Sequence record: NZ_CP025192.1
Origin: a plasmid
Length of the DNA: 64,000 nt
Reading direction: 5' to 3' (one strand)
The notes under the pieces are model-generated. The model searched no databases and was not told the origin of the DNA. It saw nothing but the letters and a program-made list of their open reading frames with translations. Shown here piece after piece: positions 37,679 to 47,965 of the stretch (positions are counted from its first letter, which is position 1; each line of letters begins with the position of its first letter). The translations under genes and the position numbers were made by a program.

Positions 37679-38857
37679 ATGACTCCTTTCTCCGAACTGC
37701 TGGCCCAAGGATCAGCCCACGCCTGGCTTTTCGTTCCCAGCGCCATCCTGCTGGGAGCCCTGCACGGCCTGGAGCCAGGCCATTCGAAGACCATGATGGC
37801 GGCCTTCATCGTCGCCGTTCGCGGCACCGTCACGCAGGCGGTTCTGCTCGGAGTAGCGGCGACCTTCTCGCACACGCTGGTGGTCTGGGGCATCGGACTC
37901 GGGGGCCTGTACCTTTGGAAGGGCTTCGACGCCGAGACCGCGGAGCCGTACTTCCAGCTTGCCTCCGCCGTGGCGATCATCGCCATGGCCATCTGGATGC
38001 TGTGGCGGACCTGGCGGGACCAGCAGGCCAGCAGTGCCCACGGACACTCGCATGACCATGGGCACCACCATGGCCATGAGCACAGCCATAGTGAGGGGCA
38101 TGGCCACAGCCACAGCCACGGCGAGGAGGTGCGGCGCATCGACACCGGCCATGGCGTCGTCGCCCTGGAGGTGTTCGAGGACGGCGTTCCGCCGCGCTGG
38201 CGGCTGCGGTCGGAGCGTGGTCCGCACTGGGCGGCCGAGGATGTGACGGTGGAGACCCTTCGTCCGGACGGGCAGCGCCAGAGCTTCGGCTTCGTCGACC
38301 GCGGCGGCTACCTCGAGTCCACGACCGATATTCCAGAGCCTCACGAGTTCACCGCCCGCCTGAGCCTGTCCCACGGCAACCATGCCCACGACTACGAGGT
38401 GGTCTTCGCGGAGCAGGGCGACGGTCACGAGCAGGAGCCTCTGGCTCCCGGTGCCTTCGCGACCACGGACGGCTACCAGGATGCTCATGAGCGCGCCCAT
38501 GCCAACGACATCCAGCGCCGGTTCGCCGGACGCGAGGTGACGACCTGGCAGATCGTGCTGTTCGGGCTGACGGGCGGGCTGGTGCCGTGCCCGGCCGCGA
38601 TCACGGTGCTGCTGATCTGCCTCCAGCTTCAGGAGTTCACCCTCGGCGCGGCGCTGGTGCTGTGCTTCAGCATCGGCCTCGCCATCACCCTGGTGACCGT
38701 CGGCGTCATCGCCGCGACCGGCATGCGCCACGCGTCCCGCCGCTGGTCGGGCTTCGACACCTTCATGCGCCGGGCGCCTTATGCCTCGGGCGCGCTCATC
38801 ATCCTGGTGGGCTTCTATGTCGGTGCCGTCGCGCTGACGCAGATCGCGGCGGCCTGA
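37679..38857 (+). CDS. rcnA: NicO/RcnA-family Ni/Co efflux permease.
   Basis: LHGLEPGHSK motif and a His-rich cytoplasmic loop (HGHSHDHGHHHGHEHSHSEGHGHSHSHGEE). Real start at the internal Met of ORF 37595-38857. Confidence 0.85.
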   Translation: MTPFSELLAQGSAHAWLFVPSAILLGALHGLEPGHSKTMMAAFIVAVRGTVTQAVLLGVAATFSHTLVVWGIGLGGLYLWKGFDAETAEPYFQLASAVAIIAMAIWMLWRTWRDQQASSAHGHSHDHGHHHGHEHSHSEGHGHSHSHGEEVRRIDTGHGVVALEVFEDGVPPRWRLRSERGPHWAAEDVTVETLRPDGQRQSFGFVDRGGYLESTTDIPEPHEFTARLSLSHGNHAHDYEVVFAEQGDGHEQEPLAPGAFATTDGYQDAHERAHANDIQRRFAGREVTTWQIVLFGLTGGLVPCPAAITVLLICLQLQEFTLGAALVLCFSIGLAITLVTVGVIAATGMRHASRRWSGFDTFMRRAPYASGALIILVGFYVGAVALTQIAAA

Positions 38858-39083
38858 TGCGGGCGTGTTCCGGCTGCGTGGGCGAAAGCTCAGGCCGGAA
38901 CGCGCAGCCCCGGACCTTACCCCTGCTATGGCATGCGCAGCCCGGAAAACTCAGGGACGGCCATCGGGTCGGCCACTCTTGCTTGACAGACCAGCACGCC
39001 ATTCACCATCCTGGGCGCAAGGGGACATCCGCGATCGCCCCGTGAGGCTTCGGCCGAAGCATCGCGTCCGACACTCCACAACC

Positions 39084-39932
39084 ATGGAGGGGACGCCCAT
39101 GCCTGCACCTGACACCATCACCACCACACAGCTCGCTCGGCTCGTCGGCCTGCCCGATGCACCGGTGCTGCTCGACGTACGGACCGAGGAGGACTACGCG
39201 GCCGACCCGCGCCTGCTCCCGGCTTCCTTCCGGCGCGAACATCGCGACGTGACCACCTGGATGGCGGGCCACGCCGGTCGGCACGTGGTGGTCGTCTGCC
39301 AGCGCGGCCTCAAGCTCAGCCACGGTGTCGCCGCCTGGCTGCGTCACGGCGGTGCCAGGGCCGAGGTGCTCGAGGGCGGCTTCGAGGCATGGGCTGCCGA
39401 AGGCCACCTGCTGGTGCATCCGAACCGCCTGCCGACACGCGATGCGCAGGGGCGCACGGTGTGGGTGACCCGTTCCCGGCCCAAGGTGGACCGGATTGCC
39501 TGCCCCTGGCTGATCCGGCGCTTCGTGGATCCGTCCGCCGTCTTCCTCTTCGTCGCGCCGTCCGAGGTCGGCGCGGTGGCCGAACGCTTCGGGGCCGCGC
39601 CCTTTGACGTCGAGGGGGTGTTCTGGAGCCATCGTAGCGAGACCTGCACCTTCGACACCATGGTCCAGGAGTTCGGATTGACCTCTGAGCCGCTGCTCCG
39701 GCTGGCGGAGATCGTCCGCGGCGCCGACACCGCCCGGCCCGACCTCGCGCCGCAGGCGGCGGGGCTGCTCGCGGCGTCCCTGGGCCTGTCCCGCATGCAC
39801 CGGGATGACCTGGCGCAACTCGACGCCGCAATGGGTCTGTACGATGCCTTCTACCGCTGGAGCCGCGATGCCGTCGCCGAGACCCACAACTGGCCAGCGT
39901 CGCCGAGCGCAGCTGGGAGGTCTGGCCAGTGA
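39084..39932 (+). CDS. chrB: Chromate resistance regulator ChrB with an N-terminal rhodanese-like domain.
   Basis: ChrB signature VWVTRSRPKVDRIACPWLIRRFVDPSAVFLFV. N-terminal rhodanese-like fold (VLLDVRTEEDY...VVVCQRGLKLSHG). The stop overlaps the chrA start. Confidence 0.8.
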   Translation: MEGTPMPAPDTITTTQLARLVGLPDAPVLLDVRTEEDYAADPRLLPASFRREHRDVTTWMAGHAGRHVVVVCQRGLKLSHGVAAWLRHGGARAEVLEGGFEAWAAEGHLLVHPNRLPTRDAQGRTVWVTRSRPKVDRIACPWLIRRFVDPSAVFLFVAPSEVGAVAERFGAAPFDVEGVFWSHRSETCTFDTMVQEFGLTSEPLLRLAEIVRGADTARPDLAPQAAGLLAASLGLSRMHRDDLAQLDAAMGLYDAFYRWSRDAVAETHNWPASPSAAGRSGQ

Positions 39933-41308
39933 ACGACAAAACAGTGCTCGAGGTCCGGCGGCCCGCCCCTTCCATCCCTGAGAGCCAGCCTGCGCTGCCT
40001 TCATTCGCCGAAGCCGTGCGCGTCTGGATGAAGATCGGCCTGCTGTCCTTCGGCGGCCCGGCGGGGCAGATCGCGCTGCTGCACCGGGAGGTGGTGGACG
40101 AGCGGCGCTGGATCTCCGACGCCCGCTTCCTGCATGCGCTGAACTTCTGCACCCTGCTGCCCGGGCCCGAGGCCCAGCAGCTCGCCACCTATCTTGGCTG
40201 GCTGTTGCACGGGGTGCGCGGCGGGGTGGCGGCGGGCGTCCTGTTCGTGCTGCCGGGCATGGCGGTAATGCTAGGCCTGTCCGTCCTCTACGCCACGCTG
40301 GGGCAGGTGCCGGTGGTCTCGGCGCTGTTCTTCGGCCTGAAATGCGCCGTGCTGGTGCTGGTGGTCGAAGCGCTCCTGCGTGTGGCGCGGCGGGCGCTCA
40401 AGACCAACGCCGCATGGGCACTCGCCACGGCCGCCTTCTTCGCGCTTTACGTCTTCGGCGTGCCTTTCCCAGCCGTCGTGCTGGCGGCGGCGCTGATCGG
40501 CTACTTCGCCCCCATGGCGTTCAAGGGCGGCAGCCACGGATCGGCCAAGGATGGCCCGCCCGCGCTGCTGGACGCGGTGCTGGCGGCGGATCCCGGCCGT
40601 CCCGCCCGGCTCGCCGTGCGCGCTTGGCGCGCGGGCTGGGTCGCGGTCGTGCTTTGGCTCCTTCCGGTCGCCGTGCTCATGGCAACCGGGGCCGGGGTCT
40701 TCGCCGACGTTGCCTGGTTCTTCTCCAAGATGGCGGTGGTGACCGTGGGCGGCGCCTACGCCGTGCTGTCCTACGTGGCGCAGGAGGCGGTGCAGGGATA
40801 CGGCTGGCTGTCGCCCGACCAGATGCTGGTGGGTCTTGGCCTTGCCGAGACCACGCCCGGCCCGCTGATCCTGGTCCTCCAGTTCGTGGGCTTCCTGGCG
40901 GGCTTCGGTCAGGGCGGGCTGGCCTGGGGCGTACTGGCGGCCGTGCTGACGGTGTGGGTCACCTTCGCGCCCTGCTTTGCCTTCATCTTCCTGGGCGCCC
41001 CCTATGTCGAAAGGCTGCACTCCAACCGGGAACTCACCAGCGCCCTGGCGGCGGTCACGGCCGCCGTGGTCGGCGTCATTGCCAACCTCGCGCTCTGGTT
41101 CGGCCTGCGGGTGCTGTTCGCCGAGGTGCGGCGGGTGGAGGTCGGACCGGCGGCCCTGGACATCCCGGTTCCGGACAGCCTGGACATCCTTGCCTTGGCG
41201 CTTGCCGCCGCCGCCGCGGCCTGCCTGTTTGGCTTCAAGCTCGGCCTGATGAGAACGCTCGGCATCACCGCGGCTCTCGGTTTAGTGGCGAAGCTCGCCC
41301 TGGGCTAA
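39929..41308 (+). CDS. chrA: Chromate efflux transporter ChrA.
   Basis: Duplicated CHR domains: the FGGP motif (LLSFGGPAGQIALLHRE) and its second-half repeat (VTVGGAYAVLSY). 459 aa. Confidence 0.9.
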   Translation: MNDKTVLEVRRPAPSIPESQPALPSFAEAVRVWMKIGLLSFGGPAGQIALLHREVVDERRWISDARFLHALNFCTLLPGPEAQQLATYLGWLLHGVRGGVAAGVLFVLPGMAVMLGLSVLYATLGQVPVVSALFFGLKCAVLVLVVEALLRVARRALKTNAAWALATAAFFALYVFGVPFPAVVLAAALIGYFAPMAFKGGSHGSAKDGPPALLDAVLAADPGRPARLAVRAWRAGWVAVVLWLLPVAVLMATGAGVFADVAWFFSKMAVVTVGGAYAVLSYVAQEAVQGYGWLSPDQMLVGLGLAETTPGPLILVLQFVGFLAGFGQGGLAWGVLAAVLTVWVTFAPCFAFIFLGAPYVERLHSNRELTSALAAVTAAVVGVIANLALWFGLRVLFAEVRRVEVGPAALDIPVPDSLDILALALAAAAAACLFGFKLGLMRTLGITAALGLVAKLALG

Positions 41309-41451
41309 GGCCGCTGCACGTGAGGGCTGCTTCCGGCATGCCGTGCCTGAAAGCGGACCGGCCGCTTCCGGCTAAGTCCAGTCGTTTAGGACGGCGTGCC
41401 GGGAGTCTGCCTCTATGCAATCGGTTTGCCTTCGACCTCCGTAGCTGGCCT

Positions 41452-42021
41452 CTACGAAGCCGACCGGGCGTCGCGGATGGAAAGCAGGAATACCTCGTGC
41501 AGGAAACCGGGTTGACCCCCGCCTACCTGATGGAATGCGAGAGCGTGAAGGTAGCGGCGTCTCTGGTGCCCCTCGATCAACCAGTAACGGGTTTCGGGGT
41601 GCTCACCCGTGTCCGTCAGGAGGCCGTCCGGCGCTTCAAGGATGACGGGCGGGATGTTCCAGGTTCCGGTCGCGTCCATCGTCCGACCCGGCTCGAACTC
41701 CTTGCCGTGGAATACGCGAAAGTTGAACTCGGGATCCTCGTCACTGTCCGGCATTCCCCAAGCGACATCCCTCAAGATGCGTTCCACGGTCCATCGCTCG
41801 ACGCGGCACGACAGGCACTCAAGCGGCAGATGGCAGAACGGAGAATGCCTCCAGCACTTGTACACCCACTGCTCCGCGACGAGCGGGTGCAGGTTCGTCA
41901 ATCGGTGGTGATTCCTCGCCCACCACGCTTCAAACGGCTCCTTGCCGAGGCTGCCTTCCCCAATCGGCTTCAGTGAGGCGTCCCAAGCCAGCGCGTGACG
42001 CGCGCGAACATCGACAAGCAT
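41452..42021 (-). CDS. Hypothetical protein.
   Basis: 189 aa with natural composition and Trp/His/Cys-rich. No motif recognised. Confidence 0.35.
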   Translation of the reverse strand: MLVDVRARHALAWDASLKPIGEGSLGKEPFEAWWARNHHRLTNLHPLVAEQWVYKCWRHSPFCHLPLECLSCRVERWTVERILRDVAWGMPDSDEDPEFNFRVFHGKEFEPGRTMDATGTWNIPPVILEAPDGLLTDTGEHPETRYWLIEGHQRRRYLHALAFHQVGGGQPGFLHEVFLLSIRDARSAS

Positions 42022-42072
42022 TGGTCCCGAGTAACAGTGCCTGAGATAGCGCTCAAGCCTCGGTGCATGGTG

Positions 42073-43314
42073 TCAGGGTCCCGCACCCGCCCTCCTGAGC
42101 ACGGCTGGCAGCAGTGCAAGCACCAACAGGATGTTGAGCACGGCGGCACCGCAGAGCGCAGCCAGCGTCGCCTGCGTCCCGAAGCTGTCCAGCAGCCAAG
42201 CGCCCAGGAAGGGCGAGGCTGCCTGAGCGATTAGAGTCGGCATCGCGATGCGGCCCATCAGCACGGCGTAGCCCTCCCTGCCGAAAAGCGCCAAGGGCAC
42301 CGTCCCGCGGGCGATGGAGCGGATGCCGCTGCCCATGCCGTACATTACAATGCCCGTTGCCACGATGCCGGGCGCGCCCACCAACATGCCCAGGCCGACG
42401 GCCACTAGAACGGCCGAGGCGATCAGGCTCCAGATCGGATGCGCCTTCCTGCCGAAGAGCATCTCCAGCACGCGGGCGCCAACCTGGGCCGGGCCGATGA
42501 GCGTGCCCAGAGCAACGGCGGCGGTGAGAGCCAGCCCCTGCGACTGGAGCAGGGTCAGCAGGTGGACCGAGATGACGGTCATGATGACCGCGGCCAGGGT
42601 AAAGCTCGCCGCCAGCATGACGAGGGCATAGCGCTGGCCCGCCCGCACAGGGCCCGGCACCGAAACAGCCTTGGCGGCCGTGGGTGCTGCGGCGGGCTTG
42701 GACGCCTCGCGCGGCACCCCGAAGAGGTAGAGCGGTAGCACCACCGTAAGATGGATGGCGGCGTAGGTCAGGCAGGCGCCGCGCCAGCCCAGGTGGTCGA
42801 CCAGCAAGGCGCTGAGTGGCCAGCAGACGGTGCTGGCGAAGCCGCCGAACAGGGTGACGTGGGTGATGGCCGGGCGGGCATGGTCGCCATACAGCCGCCC
42901 CAGCGTCGAGAAGGCCGGGTCATAGAGCCCGGCGCCCATGGCCAGGCCGAGGACGATCCAGGCCAGCACAAACACCGGCAGGCTGGGTGCCAGCCCGAGC
43001 AGCAGCAGGCCAGCGGAGAAGAGGACGGCGCTGGCCGCCAGAACGGGCCTGCCGCCGCGCTGCTCGATCAGGAAGCCGATGCGCGGCGACACCAGGCCAG
43101 ACACCAGCATGCCGATGGACAAGGCGCCCATGAGCCAGGTCAGCGGCCAGCCGGTGTCCGCCAGCACGGGCCCCGCCAGCACGGCCAGCAGGTAGTAGGA
43201 GGAACCCCAGGCGAGGATCTGGGCGACGCCGATGGTGGAGACGACCACCAGCCTGGAGCGGCTAGTGGCTGGACCTGTAGAGCCTGCGTCGGCCGGGAGG
43301 GCGGCCTGGCTCAT
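42073..43314 (-). CDS. MFS transporter.
   Basis: Twelve hydrophobic segments and an MFS motif A-like sequence (GLVSPRIGFLIEQRGGRP). Stop/start overlap with the upstream flavoprotein gene. Confidence 0.85.
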   Translation of the reverse strand: MSQAALPADAGSTGPATSRSRLVVVSTIGVAQILAWGSSYYLLAVLAGPVLADTGWPLTWLMGALSIGMLVSGLVSPRIGFLIEQRGGRPVLAASAVLFSAGLLLLGLAPSLPVFVLAWIVLGLAMGAGLYDPAFSTLGRLYGDHARPAITHVTLFGGFASTVCWPLSALLVDHLGWRGACLTYAAIHLTVVLPLYLFGVPREASKPAAAPTAAKAVSVPGPVRAGQRYALVMLAASFTLAAVIMTVISVHLLTLLQSQGLALTAAVALGTLIGPAQVGARVLEMLFGRKAHPIWSLIASAVLVAVGLGMLVGAPGIVATGIVMYGMGSGIRSIARGTVPLALFGREGYAVLMGRIAMPTLIAQAASPFLGAWLLDSFGTQATLAALCGAAVLNILLVLALLPAVLRRAGAGP

Positions 43315-44765
43315 TCGGCAGGTTCGGCCGAGAGGGGCACCTTCTGGTCAGCGGTCCCGCAGCACGGCGTGTCCTCAGCCAATTCAGGCTTGAGCGGGCA
43401 GCCCGCCCCCTGGATTGTCGTCGGCGTGCAGCATGCGGCTTCGGCATCGAGCGCTGCCACCACGCGGCTGCTGCTGCACACGCCGGTCTGCGGCAGGTCC
43501 AGCTCCACCCGACGTGCGGCCTCCATGTCACCCACGAGGAAGGCGGCAATGGAGCGCACCTGCTCGTAGCCGGTGGCCAGCAGGAAGGTGGGCGCACGGC
43601 CGTAGCTGGCCATCCCGGCAAGGAAAAGTCCCGTATCGGGCTGCTGGAGTTCGTGGGCACCGTGAGGCCGAACGGTGCCGCAGGAGTGCAGGTTGGGGTC
43701 GATGAGCGGGGCCAGCACGCGCGGGCATTCCAGCGCCGGGTCCAGGTCGAGGCGGACCTCACCGAGAATGCCGAGGTCGGGCCGCAAGCCGGTGGCGACC
43801 ACCATCTCGTCGGCTTCCGCCGTCTCCCCCTCGAGGCTCATGACCTGCAGGGAACCGTCGGCAGCCTGGCCGACCTCGTCCACCGAAAAGGGCGCGAGCA
43901 GCTCTACGGTGCCGCTTTCGACGAGGTGGTGCAGCTGCTGACCCAGGGCGCCGCGCTCCGGCAGCTGGTCGGCCGCGCCGCCGCCGTAAGCCCGCGTCAG
44001 GTCCGCGCTGCGGACCGCCCACAGGACGGTGGTGCCCGGCGCCTGCTCAGCCAAGCTGGCGAGGTCGAGCAGGGTGCCGACGGCCGAGTGGCCCGAGCCG
44101 ACGACAAGGACGCGTCGCCCGGCGTAGCGACCGCGGTCGGCGCCGAGGACGTCGGGCATGCCATAGCGGATGCGGTCGGCGGCCCGATGCTCGCCGATGG
44201 CGGGCAGGCCGGAGGCGCCCGCCGGGTTGGGATGTCCCCAAGTGCCGGTGGCTACGATGACGGACTGGACCAGGAGGCGGTCCTCCATGCCCTCAGCCTG
44301 GAACCTGACCTCGAAGGGCTGCCGCTCACGACCGGCGTCGCGAACCTTGCCAGCGCGCTGTCGGGCAACTCCGGTCACCCGGGTGTTCAGACGGAGGCGG
44401 CCAGCCATCTCCGGCAGGGCAGCGAGAGGTGCCAGGTAGTCCTCGACGAGGTCACGGCCGGTGGGGAACGCCTCGGCATCGGGCGCCGTCCATCCATGCC
44501 GCTCCAGGAGCGTGCGGCACGCCCGGTCCACGTTGTAACGCCACGGGGAAAACGTGTGAACGTGACCCCATCCCAGCGGCGCCGTGCCGACCGAGGGACC
44601 AACCTCGAACACCAGCGGCTCCAGGCCGCGCTCCAGCAGGTGCGCTGCGGCGGCCAAGCCAACCGGGCCGCCGCCGATGATGGCGATGGGCAGCGTTGCG
44701 GGGCTGGGGAAGCCCTCAGGGCCCCTGCTCTGAGGGGCAGGCTTGGCAGAGCAACAGGAGCTCAT
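43311..44765 (-). CDS. FAD/NAD(P)-binding oxidoreductase (flavin monooxygenase-like) with Cys-Cys motifs at both termini.
   Basis: Rossmann GxGxxG (AIIGGGPVGLAAAAHLL) and a second GxGxxG/A (VLVVGSGHSAVG). N-terminal MSSCCSAKP. C-terminal CSSSRV...ACCTPTT...CPLKP...PCCGTAD. Confidence 0.65.
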   Translation of the reverse strand: MSSCCSAKPAPQSRGPEGFPSPATLPIAIIGGGPVGLAAAAHLLERGLEPLVFEVGPSVGTAPLGWGHVHTFSPWRYNVDRACRTLLERHGWTAPDAEAFPTGRDLVEDYLAPLAALPEMAGRLRLNTRVTGVARQRAGKVRDAGRERQPFEVRFQAEGMEDRLLVQSVIVATGTWGHPNPAGASGLPAIGEHRAADRIRYGMPDVLGADRGRYAGRRVLVVGSGHSAVGTLLDLASLAEQAPGTTVLWAVRSADLTRAYGGGAADQLPERGALGQQLHHLVESGTVELLAPFSVDEVGQAADGSLQVMSLEGETAEADEMVVATGLRPDLGILGEVRLDLDPALECPRVLAPLIDPNLHSCGTVRPHGAHELQQPDTGLFLAGMASYGRAPTFLLATGYEQVRSIAAFLVGDMEAARRVELDLPQTGVCSSSRVVAALDAEAACCTPTTIQGAGCPLKPELAEDTPCCGTADQKVPLSAEPAE

Positions 44766-44820
44766 CTGACGGTTTCCTTCCTTATGCCTCGGTGGGCGAT
44801 GTATAGAGGCAAGCTGATGG

Positions 44821-45243
44821 TCAGCATTGGCATGCACCCTTGGCCCTGCCGCGAGCCTTGGCGGCACGGCCGGTCTCGGTCAGGGCGGTGGTGGCGTCCA
44901 TCCAGGCCCCTAAACCAACGCGGAATGCCTCCCGCCCCTTGTCGGTCAGGGTGTAGACCTTGCGCTCACGGCCGGAGACGACCTCGGCTTCCGATGTCAG
45001 GTAGCCGCCCTGCTCGAACTCCCGGAGCGTCGGATACAGGGCGCCCTCAGAGGGCGAGCAGCAGCCGTTCGTGGTCCGCTCCACCGCGCGCGCGATGTCG
45101 TAGCCATGAGCCGGGCCGTCGTGCAGCACCTGCAGGACGAAGAAGCGACTGAGCGCCATCTTGATGGTCCCGGCCCAGTAGCCTCGGTCCGTGAAGTCCG
45201 GCGGGGGACGAGGCACGGCACGAAGGATGGGCTGCTGTGACAT
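44821..45243 (-). CDS. PadR-family transcriptional regulator with Cys-rich segments.
   Basis: PadR wHTH (VLQVLHDGPAHGYDIARAVE...GALYPTLREFEQGGYL...GRERKVYTLTDKG). A vicinal CC in NGCCSPSEG and C-terminal GACQC. Confidence 0.8.
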   Translation of the reverse strand: MSQQPILRAVPRPPPDFTDRGYWAGTIKMALSRFFVLQVLHDGPAHGYDIARAVERTTNGCCSPSEGALYPTLREFEQGGYLTSEAEVVSGRERKVYTLTDKGREAFRVGLGAWMDATTALTETGRAAKARGRAKGACQC

Positions 45244-45896
45244 GGAGGAAGGCTATGCATCGATGGGCGATGCGTCAACAACAATGAAGGAGCGGCTCGG
45301 GGCATGTCTCAACCCACGCCCACAAGGTCCCAGACGCTAAGCCCGGCCGCCCTGGAAATCTGGCAGATGCCGCTGGCCCGCGCCCTCGGCCCACTCCGGC
45401 TCTCCGGCGGCACCGGCGGCGTCGGCATCAGCCTGATGCAGCGCCGGGTCGTGGGGTGGCGCCCGTTGCCCGACTGGGTCGACGGCACCGCCTGCGCGGC
45501 CGTCATGCGGCACGCCCTGCGGGAGCACCTCGATGCCGCGGGGCGCCTCGGGCTCTGGCGGCGGGGCTCGCAGGCAAGGACTCGATCCCGGCAAGGATTC
45601 GGCGGCGGGGCAGGGCAGGGCAGGGGGCCGCGACGTCCCGGCTGACTCACCGAATTTCTCGGCGCGGGAAGGGCGGGCATCTGGTAATCCCGGGCGCACA
45701 GCAGCAGGCCGGTCGGGCCGGGCCGCGTCGGCGCCATCCCGGCCGCCGCGCGGCTTGCGCTGCGACGGTGAGCCGGAGGCGGGTGCAGTCAAGTGGTCAA
45801 GGTCGTCTCCTTCGCGTCAGCCATGAAGTCCATCGAGGGTGATCCTCCTTGGTTTCCGTGGACACCCAGAGGCAAGCTTTGAGCTGGAGGTGTTCA

Positions 45897-46241
45897 ATGG
45901 ATCAGCAGGCGACGAGGGCCAAGCCACGTTCCTATACGGAGGACTACAAGCGCCAGGTCGTGGATATGGTGGTCGGTGGCGGGCGCACGCCGACGGCGGT
46001 GGCGGGCGAGGTCGGCCTGCACCCGACGCTGCTGTGCCGGTGGGTGCGCCAGTATAGCGCCGGCGGTGGCAAGACCGAGGTGCCGCGGCCTGCAGCTGCC
46101 ACCTCCCTCAAGCCCTTGCCGGTCCCGACGGCCGACCAGGCTGCCGAGATCGCGCGGCTGCGGCGCGAGTGCGACCGGCTCCGCATGGAGCGAGACATTT
46201 TAAAAAAGTCCATTTCGATCTTCGCGGGACCACTGAGATGA
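45897..46241 (+). CDS. IS3-family transposase OrfA (HTH).
   Basis: MDQQATRAKPRSYTEDYKRQVV... The leucine-zipper-like C-terminus ends at the frameshift site TTTTAAAAAAG. Confidence 0.8.
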   Translation: MDQQATRAKPRSYTEDYKRQVVDMVVGGGRTPTAVAGEVGLHPTLLCRWVRQYSAGGGKTEVPRPAAATSLKPLPVPTADQAAEIARLRRECDRLRMERDILKKSISIFAGPLR

Positions 46242-46644
46242 AGTTTCGTGTGGTCGAGGACTGCCGCGATGTCTGGGCGGTCCAGCCGTTGTGCCGTGTG
46301 CTGGGGATCTCGACCGCCGGCTACTACGCTTGGCGGTCGCGGCCGGATAGCAAGCGCGCCGTCGAGGATTGTGCCCTGCTGGCCGACATCCGCCAGGCCC
46401 ATGCCAACAGCGGTGGCCGTTACGGCAGTCCCCGTGTGTATGCCACCTTGCGGGCGCAGGGGCGACAGGTTGGACGTGGACGGATCGAGCGCCTGATGCG
46501 GCGGCATGGCGTGCGCGGCCTTGTCGCCCCGCACCGCCGCGTGCAAACCACCGACAGCCGCCACGCCTTCCCGGTCGCTCCCAATCTGCTGGAACGCAAG
46601 TTCTCCACCACCAGCAGGCCGAACCAAGTCTGGCTGGCAGACCT
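46203..46644 (+). pseudogene. IS3-family OrfB, 5' part, interrupted by an IS insertion.
   Basis: The integrase N-terminus ends at ...RPNQVWLAD and the reading frame then runs into the IR of the inserted IS. Confidence 0.75.
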
Positions 46645-46683
46645 TGAACCGCCCCGGGATTGCCGGAGGCCATTGGGCTTAAA

Positions 46684-47589
46684 TTATGCGGCCATGGGAG
46701 TGCCGTCCAGCATGGCGTAGTAGCGTTCTTCGGCTTCGGCAGGTGGTATATTGCCGATGGGCGCGAGAAGCCGGCGGTTGTTGAACCAGTCCACCCATTC
46801 CAGCGTGGCGTATTCGACGGCCTCAAAGGATCGCCACGGACCACGCCGGTGGATCGCCTCGGCCTTGTAAAGGCCGTTGATCGTCTCTGCCAAAGCGTTG
46901 TCGTAGCTGTCGCCTACACTGCCCACCGATGGCTCGATCCCGGCTTCGGCAAGGCGCTCGGTATATTTGATCGAGACATACTGGCTGCCGCGGTCGCTGT
47001 GATGGATCAGGCCACCACGACGGACAGGACGCCGATCATGGATCGCCTGCTCCAGGGCATCCAGCACGAAGCTGGCATGCGCCGTCCTGCTTACCCGCCA
47101 GCCCACGATATAGCGGGCGTAGACGTCGATCACGAAGGCCACGTAGACGAACCCTGACCAAGTCGCGACATAGGTGAAGTCCGACACCCACAGCATGTTC
47201 GGCGCCGGGGCGTGGAACTGCCGGTTCACCTGGTCGAGCGGGCAAGGCGCGGCCTTGTCGCTCATCGTCGTGCGCACCGGCTTGCCGCGGATCACGCCCT
47301 GCAAGCCCAGCTCGCGCATCAGCCGCTCCACCGTACATCGGGCTATGTCGAAGCCTTCGCGCCGCATCTGTCGCCAAACCTTGCGCACGCCGTAGACGCC
47401 GAAGTTCTCGGTAAAAACCCGCATCACCTCTGGCTTCAGGGCCCGATCACGCTGGGCACGCGACGATAAGCGCGAGGGATCGCGCCGCTGCGCCAGGTGC
47501 TCATGGTAGGTGGATGGGGCGATCGGCAGAACCCGGCAGATCGGCTCGACCCCATAGTCACCGCGATACTCGTCGATGAACGCGATCAT
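46684..47589 (-). CDS. IS3-family transposase OrfB (DDE integrase) of IS B.
   Basis: [29 protein letters not shown]...[11 protein letters not shown] (DDE core). Confidence 0.9.
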   Translation of the reverse strand: MIAFIDEYRGDYGVEPICRVLPIAPSTYHEHLAQRRDPSRLSSRAQRDRALKPEVMRVFTENFGVYGVRKVWRQMRREGFDIARCTVERLMRELGLQGVIRGKPVRTTMSDKAAPCPLDQVNRQFHAPAPNMLWVSDFTYVATWSGFVYVAFVIDVYARYIVGWRVSRTAHASFVLDALEQAIHDRRPVRRGGLIHHSDRGSQYVSIKYTERLAEAGIEPSVGSVGDSYDNALAETINGLYKAEAIHRRGPWRSFEAVEYATLEWVDWFNNRRLLAPIGNIPPAEAEERYYAMLDGTPMAA

Positions 47590-47912
47590 CGCTTGAACGG
47601 GCGGTCGAGCTCCGCCTGGGCAAAATACGCAGATGCCTTGCGCAGGATCTCGTTGGCCTGGCGCAGCTCGCGGTTCTCGCGCTCCAGCGCCTTGAGCTTG
47701 TCAGCCACATCGGTGGGCACACCAGCTCGTTTGCCGCTGTTCACCTCGGCCTTCTTCACCCACTCCAGCAGCGTGTGCCCCGAACAGCCGAACTTCTCAG
47801 CAATGGATGTGATTGCGGCCCAGCGGGACGGATGGTCGCCTTCGTGATCCAGCACCATGCGGACCGCCCGTTCACGAACCTCCGGTGCAAACTTGTTCGT
47901 CGTCTTGCTCAT
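47586..47912 (-). CDS. IS3-family transposase OrfA of IS B.
   Basis: [27 protein letters not shown]... with a leucine-zipper-like C-terminus. Overlaps orfB by 4 nt. Confidence 0.9.
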   Translation of the reverse strand: MSKTTNKFAPEVRERAVRMVLDHEGDHPSRWAAITSIAEKFGCSGHTLLEWVKKAEVNSGKRAGVPTDVADKLKALERENRELRQANEILRKASAYFAQAELDRPFKR

Positions 47913-47965
47913 AGTAGACCCTTCCTCTCAGGAGTTGGGGCCTCCGACAATCCCGGGGCGGTTCA

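Larger units (their letters stand above)
46645..47965 (-). mobile_element. IS3-family insertion sequence (IS B, 1321 bp) inserted within orfB of IS A.
   Basis: Terminal repeats TGAACCGCCCCGGGATTGCCGGAGG at 46645 and the reverse complement at 47965. A 3-bp duplication CCT flanks it. Removing the IS and one CCT restores orfB of IS A in frame (VWLADLTYIPTAEGWLY). Confidence 0.85.

Noticed and set aside
38857-39083. The inverted repeat TTCCGGC...GCCGGAA after rcnA as a terminator.
   Set aside because: The long loop of about 21 nt and the absence of a T-tract do not make a convincing intrinsic terminator.
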